A stretch of 64,000 nt of DNA from Methanocaldococcus indicus. GTDB taxonomy: Archaea; AGJL01; Methanococci; Methanococcales; Methanocaldococcaceae. A program made the position numbers and the translations under genes. The stretch covers positions 1,088,001-1,152,000 of the forward strand of contig NZ_CP186926.1 of assembly GCF_049554935.1 (NCBI RefSeq), given 5' to 3'. Below, one piece after another: positions 1-9,743 of the stretch (the stretch's first letter is position 1; every line of letters begins with the position of its first letter). Below the pieces are notes generated by a model that did no database searches, was not told the DNA's origin, and saw only the letters and a program-made list of their open reading frames with translations.

Positions 1-148
1 TATAGCCATTCCAAAAGGGTTAGATATTAGTTGGGATAAAGTTGTAAGTGTTAAAGAAATTAATTATAATGGATATATTTATGACTTAACAGTTGAAGAT
101 AACCATACTTATATAGCTGGGAAATCAGATGGTTTTATTGTCTCAAAC
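1..148 (+). mobile_element. C-terminal end of intein (blocks F/G) in KlbA-like ATPase
   Basis: Block F YDLTVEDNHTY and block G IVSN, followed by extein +1 Cys (TGT 149-151); N-terminal part lies outside the window. Confidence 0.88.
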
Positions 149-604
149 TGTTCAGGAACATTACATGCAAATAGTGCAGATGAAGCAATCCTTAGATTGA
201 CAAGTCCTCCAATGAATGTTCCAAAAATTATGCTAACAGCTTTAGATTTTATTATAAATATACAAAGAATTAGAAGAGGTGGAAAAACTTTAAGGAGAAT
301 CTTAGGAATTGTTGAGGTTGTTAAAGGAGATAAACAAGATATAGCAAAAACTACACTGTATGAATATGATGGATTAAAAGATACATTAGTTAGAAAAGGA
401 ATATGTATGTGGGAAGAAGAAGTATGTGAAATAGCTGGAATAAGTAGAGATGAACTACTAAAAGATAGAGAAAGAAGAAAGATAGTTTTAAAATATTTGG
501 TTGATAAAGGTATAAATGAATTAGAAAAAGTTGGAGAATACATAAAAGAGTATCAAATTGACCCAGACAGTTTGGTTAATAAATTAGCAAATAAAATAAC
601 TTAA
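1..604 (+). CDS. 3' part of VirB11/CpaF-family pilus/secretion ATPase (KlbA-like), containing the end of an intein
   Basis: Frame 2 is open from base 2: ...YIYDLTVEDNHTYIAGKSDGFIVSN/CSGTLHANSADEAILRL...; GTLHAN is the His-box of the VirB11/PilB family; followed by two TadB/C-like genes. Confidence 0.9.
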   Translation, partial: IAIPKGLDISWDKVVSVKEINYNGYIYDLTVEDNHTYIAGKSDGFIVSNCSGTLHANSADEAILRLTSPPMNVPKIMLTALDFIINIQRIRRGGKTLRRILGIVEVVKGDKQDIAKTTLYEYDGLKDTLVRKGICMWEEEVCEIAGISRDELLKDRERRKIVLKYLVDKGINELEKVGEYIKEYQIDPDSLVNKLANKIT

Positions 605-614
605 GGAATTTAAT

Positions 615-1622
615 ATGGCAATTAATGATTACATAATAAAATTAAAACTTTATTTGTATAAAAAAGGACTAATAACATTAGATACAGAAACTATAAACTA
701 TTTGAAAAAGAAACAATTTAAAGAAGAATTAAAAAAAGAGCAACAAACTGAAGTAGTAACTTTTGAATATTATGAGGAATATGATGAAGGAATAGAAGAA
801 ATTCTATATGAAACAATTCCTATCAATAATCTTATAAAATCATTTGTTGAAAAGCTTAAGAAAAATAGAAAATTATTCTCAGATAGATTGCTTAGATATG
901 TTGGATACTCATCTGTAGAAGAATACTTTAGAAGAGTTTTTCTTTATGATATTATTTTTTCAATGTTTATATTTTTATTTTATCTACTTGGAGGTAACAT
1001 TTTAGAAGGAATTATATTTTCAATAATCTTCTTTACAATAATTCTAATATTAGGAATATTGTACCCAAGATTGAAGATAATAATGTTCAAAGGAGATATT
1101 AAGTTAGAGGTGCTTTTTTCATTGGTGTATATAGTTTCACTTATAAAATCTGGAGTATCTATTATGGAAATTATTAATAGGATTGCAAAATCTAAAGAAT
1201 TTGGAATTTTATCTTTTGAATTTGAAGATATAGTTAGAGAGATAAATATAGGATATACATTTGCAGAGGCTTTACAGAGAGCTATGGACAGAGCTGAACT
1301 ACCATTATTAAAAAAGTTGTATGAGCAGATATACATAGGATATAATAAAGGAAATTTAGATTTACTATTAGAGAAGTTTTATGAAGAAATTGTAAGAGAA
1401 TCCTTAGCAAAATTAGATACTTCTAAATTTATGATACAAAATTTAGGTAATTTGGCCTTTGGGACTGGGATAATTCTACCTTTTAGTGGTATGATAATAT
1501 CATCAATGATGGGTAATCAAGGACTTCCAGGGGTTATTAATACTATGGATTTGTTATTGGTAAAGATAGGGCCAATGCTAACATTAATATTTGGAATCTT
1601 GGTTAAAATGAAAATAGAGTGA
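615..1622 (+). CDS. Type II secretion system F / TadC-like pilus platform membrane protein
   Basis: TM helices plus T2SS-F pattern (SLIKSG...EFEDIVREINIG...AEAL); directly downstream of the ATPase. Confidence 0.85.
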   Translation: MAINDYIIKLKLYLYKKGLITLDTETINYLKKKQFKEELKKEQQTEVVTFEYYEEYDEGIEEILYETIPINNLIKSFVEKLKKNRKLFSDRLLRYVGYSSVEEYFRRVFLYDIIFSMFIFLFYLLGGNILEGIIFSIIFFTIILILGILYPRLKIIMFKGDIKLEVLFSLVYIVSLIKSGVSIMEIINRIAKSKEFGILSFEFEDIVREINIGYTFAEALQRAMDRAELPLLKKLYEQIYIGYNKGNLDLLLEKFYEEIVRESLAKLDTSKFMIQNLGNLAFGTGIILPFSGMIISSMMGNQGLPGVINTMDLLLVKIGPMLTLIFGILVKMKIE

Positions 1623-1629
1623 AACTATT

Positions 1630-2538
1630 ATGGAATTTAGAGAAATTTTAGAAATTTTGTATTATGTCTTAATAAAAAAGAATACTTTATTACTAAAGAA
1701 GTGTGGATATGACATTAAAGAAAAGCATTTTATCCTATTAGTGTTAATATCAATCATTTTTGGGGCTTTTTTTGGTTATTTCTTGTCTCTTAGTTTTAGA
1801 GGTATAGTATTGATGTGCATAATATATTTTTGCTTTGTAGTTTCATATCCAAAAATTATTTATGAGAATCTAATAGAAAAATTAGAAAAAAATATATCTA
1901 AAGCATTATATATTATGGTATTGTCTTTAGAATCTGGTAGGTCTATTAATGATGCATTAAAAGATGTTGTAAATAGTGATATAAAAGTGGTTAGTCCTAT
2001 ATTTAAAAAAATTCTCTTGTTAATGGAAAAACAAAAAATAAGATTTGAAGAAGCTATAACAATAGTATCCTCATTTTATGACTCTAAAGTTTTAAAGATG
2101 TTGTCAAGAATTATTATTGAAAATAGAAAGTCTGGAGGTAATTTATCAGAATCTTTGAGAATATTAGCTAAAACATTAGATGATTTTCATCTATTCAAAA
2201 GACAATTATTGAGTGTTACCGCAACTGGAATAGCTACTGGATTTGTTATGTTATGTCTTGTTGTCCCTGCTGTTAGTGGAATATTAGGAGGATATATTAT
2301 AGCTACATCCTCATTATTATCTCAAACTGGAAAGGCTCCACCAGTTAATCCAGAGGATTTAAAAAGAGCTATTGAGATTGTGCAAGTTGGAACTGCTATG
2401 TTAGGAGCTTTATTCTCTATCCCAATATTTGGATTAAAGATAGAAAGGATGTTTCAAGTTTCAGCTATAACTATGACATTGGGAGTAATAATATTCTACC
2501 TAATTGTGAAGTTTGTTCCAATGATGTTTAAAATGTAG
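1630..2538 (+). CDS. Type II secretion system F / TadB-like pilus platform membrane protein
   Basis: LSLESGRSINDAL...GGNLSESL pattern, several TM helices. Confidence 0.85.
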   Translation: MEFREILEILYYVLIKKNTLLLKKCGYDIKEKHFILLVLISIIFGAFFGYFLSLSFRGIVLMCIIYFCFVVSYPKIIYENLIEKLEKNISKALYIMVLSLESGRSINDALKDVVNSDIKVVSPIFKKILLLMEKQKIRFEEAITIVSSFYDSKVLKMLSRIIIENRKSGGNLSESLRILAKTLDDFHLFKRQLLSVTATGIATGFVMLCLVVPAVSGILGGYIIATSSLLSQTGKAPPVNPEDLKRAIEIVQVGTAMLGALFSIPIFGLKIERMFQVSAITMTLGVIIFYLIVKFVPMMFKM

Positions 2539-2548
2539 ATTTTAAAAA

Positions 2549-3061
2549 TTATTTTAAAAAACTATTTATTTCATCATTTAACTTAATAATTCTCAAAATA
2601 ACTTCTTTGTTTGCACCTCTCTTTTTAAACTTATCTACAACTTTATCAATCTCAACTCTTTTATCTCCAAAAATTAAATTATCTGCATGAGCAACAACTT
2701 TCTCCTCTATTGTAATAGGAATATAGTCCTTATATGGCAAACCAAACTTTAAAGCTTCTTTTTTGGTTAATCCTGCTCCTATATGTCTCTCTGCAATTAA
2801 TGCAATTCTTTCATCAAATCCCAACTCTCTTAAAATTTTAGCTCCAACAACTCCATGCTTTATAGAATGTGTTTCACTCCTTCCTATATCATGGAGTAAT
2901 CCTCCTAACTTAACTAATTCAGCATCTATTTTATATCCTCTACTTTTTATCATTAAAGAAAGTTCATAGGCATAATTTGAGACTGCTATACAGTGTTTAA
3001 CTACATCCTTAGGACATAGTTCTTCCAAAATTTTTAATGCTTTTAAATACATAATCATCAT
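2549..3061 (-). CDS. HD-domain (HDIG) phosphohydrolase
   Basis: H...LLHDIG...HG...ERHIGAG...HADN motifs. Confidence 0.88.
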   Translation of the reverse strand: MMIMYLKALKILEELCPKDVVKHCIAVSNYAYELSLMIKSRGYKIDAELVKLGGLLHDIGRSETHSIKHGVVGAKILRELGFDERIALIAERHIGAGLTKKEALKFGLPYKDYIPITIEEKVVAHADNLIFGDKRVEIDKVVDKFKKRGANKEVILRIIKLNDEINSFLK

Positions 3062-3621
3062 TGATTTAAATATTTATTTATTTTTAGTTCATCTTCTAAA
3101 AATTTAATTTGCTCTTCTAACTCCTTAATTATTCTTGAATTGTCAAAGCTATCTAACAAACCACCACATCCTGGACATACAAAATTTAAATCAACAGCTT
3201 CATCAAATGTAAATCTAATATTACACTTGGGACAGTAAAAGAAAATATTGTTTTTTTCATACTCTAATTTTTCTTTTAAATTGTTTATTAATTCTTTCAA
3301 TTTTTTCTTAGCTATGTAAGGTAGTTTTTCTAATGTAGGTTTCCATGTATAATAATACCAGTTTCTATCTTCTTCTTTCCATTTTTTGTAATCTACTAAT
3401 CTTGCATCATACAATTTATATAACAATTTTCTTAATGTATTTAATTTAATACCTAATGCCTTAGCTAATTCATCCTCTTTTGATTCTCCCTTCTCTAACA
3501 AAACCTCCACTAACTCTAAACCTTTCTCATCTCCATCAAAAATGTTATATAGAACTTCCTGAATTAGGGGGTCATTGAGCATTTCATAAATCTTGTTTTT
3601 ATCTAATTTCATACTCATCAC
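3058..3621 (-). CDS. tfe: Transcription factor E
   Basis: N-terminal winged helix (LRKLLYKLY...WYYYTW) plus Zn ribbon CPKC...CPGCG. Confidence 0.95.
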   Translation of the reverse strand: MMSMKLDKNKIYEMLNDPLIQEVLYNIFDGDEKGLELVEVLLEKGESKEDELAKALGIKLNTLRKLLYKLYDARLVDYKKWKEEDRNWYYYTWKPTLEKLPYIAKKKLKELINNLKEKLEYEKNNIFFYCPKCNIRFTFDEAVDLNFVCPGCGGLLDSFDNSRIIKELEEQIKFLEDELKINKYLNQ

Positions 3622-4639
3622 ACTTTATCCTTTTTATTTCCTCTTTAATGTTTTTTTCTTTTATTATTGTAGTTATTGGATTATTTTTTTCAATTATTGC
3701 TCCATTTTTAGGAATATCATAAAATCCTTCTATATTTGGAACAAAATATCTACCTCTTTTTTTTGCAAAGATTATTCTTTTTATAACTCTATTTTTTGGT
3801 GTTATTTTTTTATTGAATAGTAGTGATTTTGCTAAATTGTTATTTGATGAGATTTCTATTGAGTCATAAGTTCCCAATATTCTTGGATTTACATCTATAA
3901 TTTTTACATCATCATCAATTAAAAAGTCAAAACCATTCATCCCTTTTAACTCAAAAATTTCAATTATATCTTCAAATATTCCAATTAATTTTTTAGGAAG
4001 TGAATAAGGCACAATATTTCCAGCATATATGCCATTAAATATAATTTGTTTGTTGAAGGTTATAAAATTATTGTTGATGAAATTTATACTGTATGAAGGA
4101 GATGAAATATACTCCTGAGCTAAAACTGGAAAAGAAAGATTGTATTTTCCTATATCTTTGTAGGATGATAGTTTAATTACCCCTTTACAATTGAAAGGTT
4201 TTATGACAATTTTTTTATATTCATCTAAAAATTTTTCCAATTGATGGATATTATTTATTTTTTTAAATTCAGGAATTGAGTAACCAAGGTTTTTGAGTTT
4301 TTTATATATGTAGTATTTATTTGATAACTTATATATAACTTTTGGACTATTTCCAACAATATTATTCCAATCAACTTTTTTGTAGTAGTGCTCAAAAACA
4401 CCAGAACATATAAAAATATAATCAACATCATCAACAAGTTCATTAGCTTTTTCAATAATTAATCTTTCATTATAGTTTTCCCAGAAATTTCCATGTTTCT
4501 CTTTATTAATAAAATAGTAGTTTTCATCTGCATTTAAATCTTCTGGAGAATAGTATGATACAGAAATAACATAAAAACCTAAAGTTTTTAAAGAATTAAC
4601 AACAGCTCTTGTATTTACTCCTAAAACTAATGCTTTCAT
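3599..4639 (-). CDS. ATP-grasp domain protein
   Basis: IKP, QEYI and DVNPR ATP-grasp motifs; operon with mptA. Confidence 0.8.
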   Translation of the reverse strand: MKALVLGVNTRAVVNSLKTLGFYVISVSYYSPEDLNADENYYFINKEKHGNFWENYNERLIIEKANELVDDVDYIFICSGVFEHYYKKVDWNNIVGNSPKVIYKLSNKYYIYKKLKNLGYSIPEFKKINNIHQLEKFLDEYKKIVIKPFNCKGVIKLSSYKDIGKYNLSFPVLAQEYISSPSYSINFINNNFITFNKQIIFNGIYAGNIVPYSLPKKLIGIFEDIIEIFELKGMNGFDFLIDDDVKIIDVNPRILGTYDSIEISSNNNLAKSLLFNKKITPKNRVIKRIIFAKKRGRYFVPNIEGFYDIPKNGAIIEKNNPITTIIKEKNIKEEIKRIKCDEYEIR

Positions 4640-5568
4640 AAAATTTCCTTCTTAAGTTCTTTTAGTGTAGTATTCTTCTCAGCAAATGCATCATGTCTAT
4701 GGATACTCTCTAAATTTACCTGTCTAATAAAAACCTTTGTATCATCTGGAAGGTAACTAAATTCTTTAACAATATGTTTAGCCATCTCCCTAACACAGTC
4801 CTCTACAAACTTTGGATTTCCATGACTTTTAATAACTACATAGGCCTCATCATCTCTCTTTAATAATCCATATATTTCAGAGCTCATAGATTTTTTAATT
4901 ATATCAATAATATCCTCAATTTTTACATTGTAACCTTCTGGAATCTCCAATATTACTTTTCCAATACCCCTTTGGTTATGTGTTGCAAAAACAACAGATT
5001 TTAAAATCTTATTAATATCTTCATCAGAAAATCCTTCTTCTTTTAGGTTTTTTATAGACAACTCTTTTATTAGATTTTGAGCACAAGGACAAGCAGTTAT
5101 CCCAACAACTTCTGCACCAACTATTTTAGTAATGCTTATTTCATCTCCCTTCTTTGTACCTCTTGCTCCTGCAATTATTTTATGTATTTCTTGAGAATAT
5201 TTTTTAGATACAGGGCTTTTTTCTTTAAGCATTAGCTCACTAACCATTAATACCTCTGCCTCTGTAGCATAGTCATGCTTTTTAAATAATCTTTTAACTA
5301 TCTCTTCACATATTGTTTCTGTTTCATAACATTCCATTTTTATAGCTTCATCTATAATCTCCTCTATAACCTCAGGATGTCTTGACATATGAATTCCTTT
5401 TTGTGTGGAAGGAAGATTAACAGAAACTTCAAAGGTAGATAATAAAATAATAGGTCTTTTTCCATTTCTTTTAATTCTAACAAGCTTTTTTAGATTTGTC
5501 ACTCCTACTCTTGTTAATGATACTTTTATATCTGGCTCTATATTTTGTATATCACATTTCCAGTTCAT
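4636..5568 (-). CDS. mptA: GTP cyclohydrolase IV / MptA (FolE2 family), methanopterin synthesis
   Basis: KGIHMSR, TACPCA, THNQR, PKFVEDCVR and ESIHRHDA motifs. Confidence 0.95.
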   Translation of the reverse strand: MNWKCDIQNIEPDIKVSLTRVGVTNLKKLVRIKRNGKRPIILLSTFEVSVNLPSTQKGIHMSRHPEVIEEIIDEAIKMECYETETICEEIVKRLFKKHDYATEAEVLMVSELMLKEKSPVSKKYSQEIHKIIAGARGTKKGDEISITKIVGAEVVGITACPCAQNLIKELSIKNLKEEGFSDEDINKILKSVVFATHNQRGIGKVILEIPEGYNVKIEDIIDIIKKSMSSEIYGLLKRDDEAYVVIKSHGNPKFVEDCVREMAKHIVKEFSYLPDDTKVFIRQVNLESIHRHDAFAEKNTTLKELKKEIL

Positions 5569-5623
5569 AATCTCACAATAAAGATATTAAATAGGTAAGA
5601 CAAAGTTTTTACTTTTTATGTAG

Positions 5624-5657
5624 GGTATTAGTATTAGCATATAAAAATACTAATACC
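5624..5657. promoter_or_regulatory. 12-bp perfect inverted repeat in the divergent mptA/gch3 intergenic region
   Basis: GGTATTAGTATT-N10-AATACTAATACC. Confidence 0.45.
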
Positions 5658-5732
5658 AATATCGTAAAGTTAATATTTTAATATTATATAGTTTAGTTTT
5701 AAAAGCATAAAACCATGTATGAGGATAATATT

Positions 5733-6530
5733 ATGATTCAAATAACACTAATTCAGATAGATAACTATGGACCTTGGACAGTAACACCAAAGCCAAGAAG
5801 AGAGAGTGATTTACAAATCTTACAAAGTAGGTTATATGCTGACTTAAATATGCTTTTTGGAGCACATAAAGGTTTAGTGTTCTATACAAGGTTTGATAAC
5901 TTAATTGCTATAACAAATGGAATTGATTTGATAACACACAAGAGAATTCAGGAAAGTATAAGGAATAGGTATCCATTTACAATAAGTATGGTTATAGCAA
6001 CTGCTGAAACTCCTTATGAAGCTCAAAAATTAGCCACAGAAACACTCCAAGAGTATGGAAGTGCTCAAGATGAGAATAGAAAAGAGATTTTAGATGTGGC
6101 TAATGAGCTTGTAGATGGTTATGTGCAACTTGCTCATATAGATATAAACAATATAACTGGGAATTATACTGATGTTGTTAGTGCTTATGAAACCTACTAT
6201 AATGTCAATAAAGTTAAATTACTTCTTATGGAAGAACTTTTAAAATACAAATCCTTACTTTTCTTTATTGGTGGAGATAACTTTATGTCTCCATGTAATG
6301 GCTTAGATGAGAATGATTTTTTAGAAATATTTAAAAAGATAGAAGATAAAACAAATATTCAATTAAAGGCAGGAGTAGGTATTGGAAAAACAGCAGAAGA
6401 TGCTTCAAATTTGGCAGATATAGGATTAGAGAAGATTAGAGGAAAACATGTAGATAAAAATGTATGTTTTTTAAAACAGGAAACTTTGGAAATAAATTCA
6501 ATCAAAAAAGGATTATTTAAAACATTTTAG
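5733..6530 (+). CDS. gch3: GTP cyclohydrolase III (riboflavin/F420 pathway)
   Basis: [18 protein letters not shown] and FIGGDNF motifs; start at 5733 follows a GAGGA RBS. Confidence 0.93.
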   Translation: MIQITLIQIDNYGPWTVTPKPRRESDLQILQSRLYADLNMLFGAHKGLVFYTRFDNLIAITNGIDLITHKRIQESIRNRYPFTISMVIATAETPYEAQKLATETLQEYGSAQDENRKEILDVANELVDGYVQLAHIDINNITGNYTDVVSAYETYYNVNKVKLLLMEELLKYKSLLFFIGGDNFMSPCNGLDENDFLEIFKKIEDKTNIQLKAGVGIGKTAEDASNLADIGLEKIRGKHVDKNVCFLKQETLEINSIKKGLFKTF

Positions 6531-6540
6531 GTTATTATGT

Positions 6541-7161
6541 ATGATACCTGTCTTACTATCTTTTAAAGATAAGAAAGTTGCTATTTTTGGTTGTGGAGAA
6601 GTAGGTAAAAGAAGAGCTCTAAAATTACTAAAAGATAATGCTAAAATAACAATTTATTCAAAAACTTTTGATAAAGATATAGAAAAGACTGATAAAATCA
6701 AAAAAATAAAGATAGATATAAATAAACTATCTGATGAGGAGTTAAGAGATATCATTAAAGAGTATGATTTTATTTTAGCATGTGCAAGTGAAGATATAAA
6801 CAAAAGGATTGTAAAAATTGCAAAAGAGTTAAATAAATATATTAATTCATCTAATATCTTAGATGATGTTAATTTTATTATTCCAGCATATACAGAAGTT
6901 GATGGGGTTATATTCTCTATATATACAGGAGGAAAGAGCCCATTATTGGCTAAAAATATAAGAATTTTAATTGAAAATTATTTAAAAGGATATGACTTAG
7001 ATTTTATATCAAGTTTTAGAAAATTTTTAATTGAAAATATTCCAAATCAGAAGGACAGAAAAAAAATTTTAAATCTACTATTTTCAAATGAAAACTTCAA
7101 AAAAGAGCTTTTAGAGTTAATTAATAAGTATATGGGAGAGAATGATAATTTTAAAAGCTGA
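6541..7161 (+). CDS. Precorrin-2 dehydrogenase (SirC / CysG N-terminal type)
   Basis: GCGEVGKRR Rossmann motif, TGGKSP. Confidence 0.88.
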   Translation: MIPVLLSFKDKKVAIFGCGEVGKRRALKLLKDNAKITIYSKTFDKDIEKTDKIKKIKIDINKLSDEELRDIIKEYDFILACASEDINKRIVKIAKELNKYINSSNILDDVNFIIPAYTEVDGVIFSIYTGGKSPLLAKNIRILIENYLKGYDLDFISSFRKFLIENIPNQKDRKKILNLLFSNENFKKELLELINKYMGENDNFKS

Positions 7162-8233
7162 TTATAATAAGTATAATGTAAATGAGTTAGAAAAGTTAAG
7201 ATTGGATGAGGATGAATTTTATAAAAAGTGTAGAGGTGTTCTACTACAAACATGTAATAGAGTTGAAATAATATGTGAAAAATTAGAGGATATAAAAAAT
7301 ATAGATATGGATATTAACAAATTTGATATACTTTTAGATGATGAGGCAATTTATCATCTATTTAGGTTAGCCTCAGGTTTAGAGTCAATGATTGTTGGAG
7401 AGTATCAGATTTTAGGGCAATTGAAGGATGCATATTTAAAAGCTAAAAAACATAATGCAATATCTAAAAGGTTAGAAAAAATTATTTTAAAAGCTATTCA
7501 TACAGGACAGAGAGTTAGAAATGAGACAGATATAAGTAAAGGTTCTGTTTCTATTGGTTCAGCTGCTGTTGAATTGTTAGAGAAAATAACTACTCTAAAA
7601 GATAAGAATATTTTACTTATAGGAGCAGGAGAAATGGCTAAAACTGTTATAAAGGCATTGAAAGAAAGGCATATTAAGGCAATTATTGTTGCAAATAGAA
7701 CTTATGAGAAGGCTGTTGAGTTAGCTAAAGAACTAAATGGAATGGCTATAAAATTTGATAAATTAGAAGAGGCTTTAAGATATGCAGATATAGTTATATC
7801 AGCTACATCAGCTCCACATCCAATATTAACTAAAAAAAGATTAGAAAATGCAGGAGAAACAATAGTTGTGGATATAGCTATTCCAAGAGACACAACAGAT
7901 GATATTAAAGAGTTAAGTAATATAAAACTTTTTACAATAGATGATTTAAAATTAGTAGCTGAGGAAAATTTAAAAAAGAGAAAAAAAGAAATTCCTAAGG
8001 TTGAAGAAATTATTAAAGAGGAGATAAATAATTTAAATAATCAACTAAATAAATTAGAAGTTGAAGAGAAGATTAAAGAGCTTATAAAAAAGATAGAGGA
8101 TATTAGGGTTAGAGAAGTAAATAAAGCATTAAATTTAATGAAACACAAAAATCCTGAGGATGTTTTAAAGGACTTTTCTAAGGCATACACTAAAAAGATA
8201 ATCTGTGAGATAAAAAGATATTTTAATAAATAG
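7142..8233 (+). CDS. hemA: Glutamyl-tRNA reductase
   Basis: LQTCNRVE, SGLESMIVGEYQILGQ, GAGEM, DIAIPRD. Confidence 0.97.
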   Translation: MIILKADYNKYNVNELEKLRLDEDEFYKKCRGVLLQTCNRVEIICEKLEDIKNIDMDINKFDILLDDEAIYHLFRLASGLESMIVGEYQILGQLKDAYLKAKKHNAISKRLEKIILKAIHTGQRVRNETDISKGSVSIGSAAVELLEKITTLKDKNILLIGAGEMAKTVIKALKERHIKAIIVANRTYEKAVELAKELNGMAIKFDKLEEALRYADIVISATSAPHPILTKKRLENAGETIVVDIAIPRDTTDDIKELSNIKLFTIDDLKLVAEENLKKRKKEIPKVEEIIKEEINNLNNQLNKLEVEEKIKELIKKIEDIRVREVNKALNLMKHKNPEDVLKDFSKAYTKKIICEIKRYFNK

Positions 8234-8269
8234 AATAAATAGTTTTTAATAAATAATTATGAGATATTT

Positions 8270-9193
8270 ATGAACAATAAATATATTTTAATAGTTTTTA
8301 GTGTTGTATCAATAATTAGTTTTATTGTAGGTTATTATATTGGAACATCTTCACAATATTATTCAGAAAATGAAATTATCCAATACTTTTTTAAGAATCC
8401 TAAACCATTCTCTGTTGAAGATGTATCTATGCCAGTTACATACTATGGAACTATAAAAGGAGAATATATTGGTTATCAAATAACACCACATAATGTAAAT
8501 GAAGAAGCAAGAGAATGTTTTTATAAATATTTCAAATTAAAAGATAAAAATTCAAAAGAAGCAGAAAAGTATTTAAAAAGAGGGTTATTTTTAACAGAAT
8601 ACTTAATATCTCAGGCAGATAAAGAAAAAGTTGAAGTTGATGGTAAAAATATAACATTTATTATTTGGAGGTATAATTTCCCATTTCCATTATATAATCT
8701 ATCTAAGGGATGGTCAGGAAGTTTATGTCAAGCAGGATGTTTAAAAACATTATATTTAGCTTATGAAGCTACTGGAGATAAAAGATATTTAAAATATGCA
8801 AATTTGGCTCTAAATGCTTTTAGAGTTCCTGTAAAGGATGGTGGTTTATTAAAAATTAGAATTTATGAAAATAAAAGTTATTATTGGTATCCAGAATATG
8901 CTTCTGAAAATCCTCCTTATGTATTGAATGGTTTTATTACAGCAACATTATGGATTGGTGAGTTTGGAAATAAAACCAAAAATAAATATGCCTTATATTT
9001 ATATAAGAAAGGATTAGAATCAATAAAGATATTTTTACCAATGTATGATGCAGGAGATTGGAGCTATTATGATGCATTAGGACACAAATGTAATGAACAT
9101 TATGAACATTTACAAAGGCTCCAAATGTTATGGCTTTATAAAATAACAGGAGATAAAATATTTCTAAAATATTATAAGAAGTGGAAAGATTAA
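8270..9193 (+). CDS. D-glucuronyl C5-epimerase C-terminal-family protein with N-terminal membrane anchor
   Basis: WSGSLCQ, EY...YVLNGF, YD...WSYYD...YEHL motifs. Confidence 0.75.
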   Translation: MNNKYILIVFSVVSIISFIVGYYIGTSSQYYSENEIIQYFFKNPKPFSVEDVSMPVTYYGTIKGEYIGYQITPHNVNEEARECFYKYFKLKDKNSKEAEKYLKRGLFLTEYLISQADKEKVEVDGKNITFIIWRYNFPFPLYNLSKGWSGSLCQAGCLKTLYLAYEATGDKRYLKYANLALNAFRVPVKDGGLLKIRIYENKSYYWYPEYASENPPYVLNGFITATLWIGEFGNKTKNKYALYLYKKGLESIKIFLPMYDAGDWSYYDALGHKCNEHYEHLQRLQMLWLYKITGDKIFLKYYKKWKD

Positions 9194-9206
9194 AAGGTGT
9201 TTATTT

Positions 9207-9731
9207 ATGGAAATACTAAAAAAAGTGTTAAAACTTAGATTAGGAGATGATAAATTTAAAACACTAAGTAATCATGTAAAAAATTTAGATGATGCTTTAT
9301 TCTCTTATATTATAAAAAGATTAGAAATTTATGAAAGTATTGTTAATAAATATAAACCAAAAGTTAGACCTGCCTTAGACCCTTATGTCTCTTCTGAATT
9401 AGGAATTTACAGAAGATTGGATGATAAAGAAATTGGCGAATTTTTAGGATATCCTGAATGTTGCATTAATTCTTTTATAAATGGGAGGGTTGTTATTGAT
9501 GAAGAGCATATGAAAGAACTAAAAGAAATAAAAAACTGTCATGCAGTAGTTCTAACATCTGGATTTATTCCATGTTCTATAAAATGTCAGAGAGCAATTA
9601 AAAATAAGTTAATAGGCTATTTATCTTATGAAGATTTTGAAGTTATTTTAAAAGTTGAAGAAGAGCTTAAAAAGAATTTACCTCATTATCATTATGGATA
9701 TACAGAATATTATGAAAAATTTATAATATAA
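9207..9731 (+). CDS. Conserved archaeal protein (DUF483-like)
   Basis: GEFLGYPECCI and FIPCS..C motifs. Confidence 0.7.
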   Translation: MEILKKVLKLRLGDDKFKTLSNHVKNLDDALFSYIIKRLEIYESIVNKYKPKVRPALDPYVSSELGIYRRLDDKEIGEFLGYPECCINSFINGRVVIDEEHMKELKEIKNCHAVVLTSGFIPCSIKCQRAIKNKLIGYLSYEDFEVILKVEEELKKNLPHYHYGYTEYYEKFII

Positions 9732-9743
9732 AGTTGATGTCTT

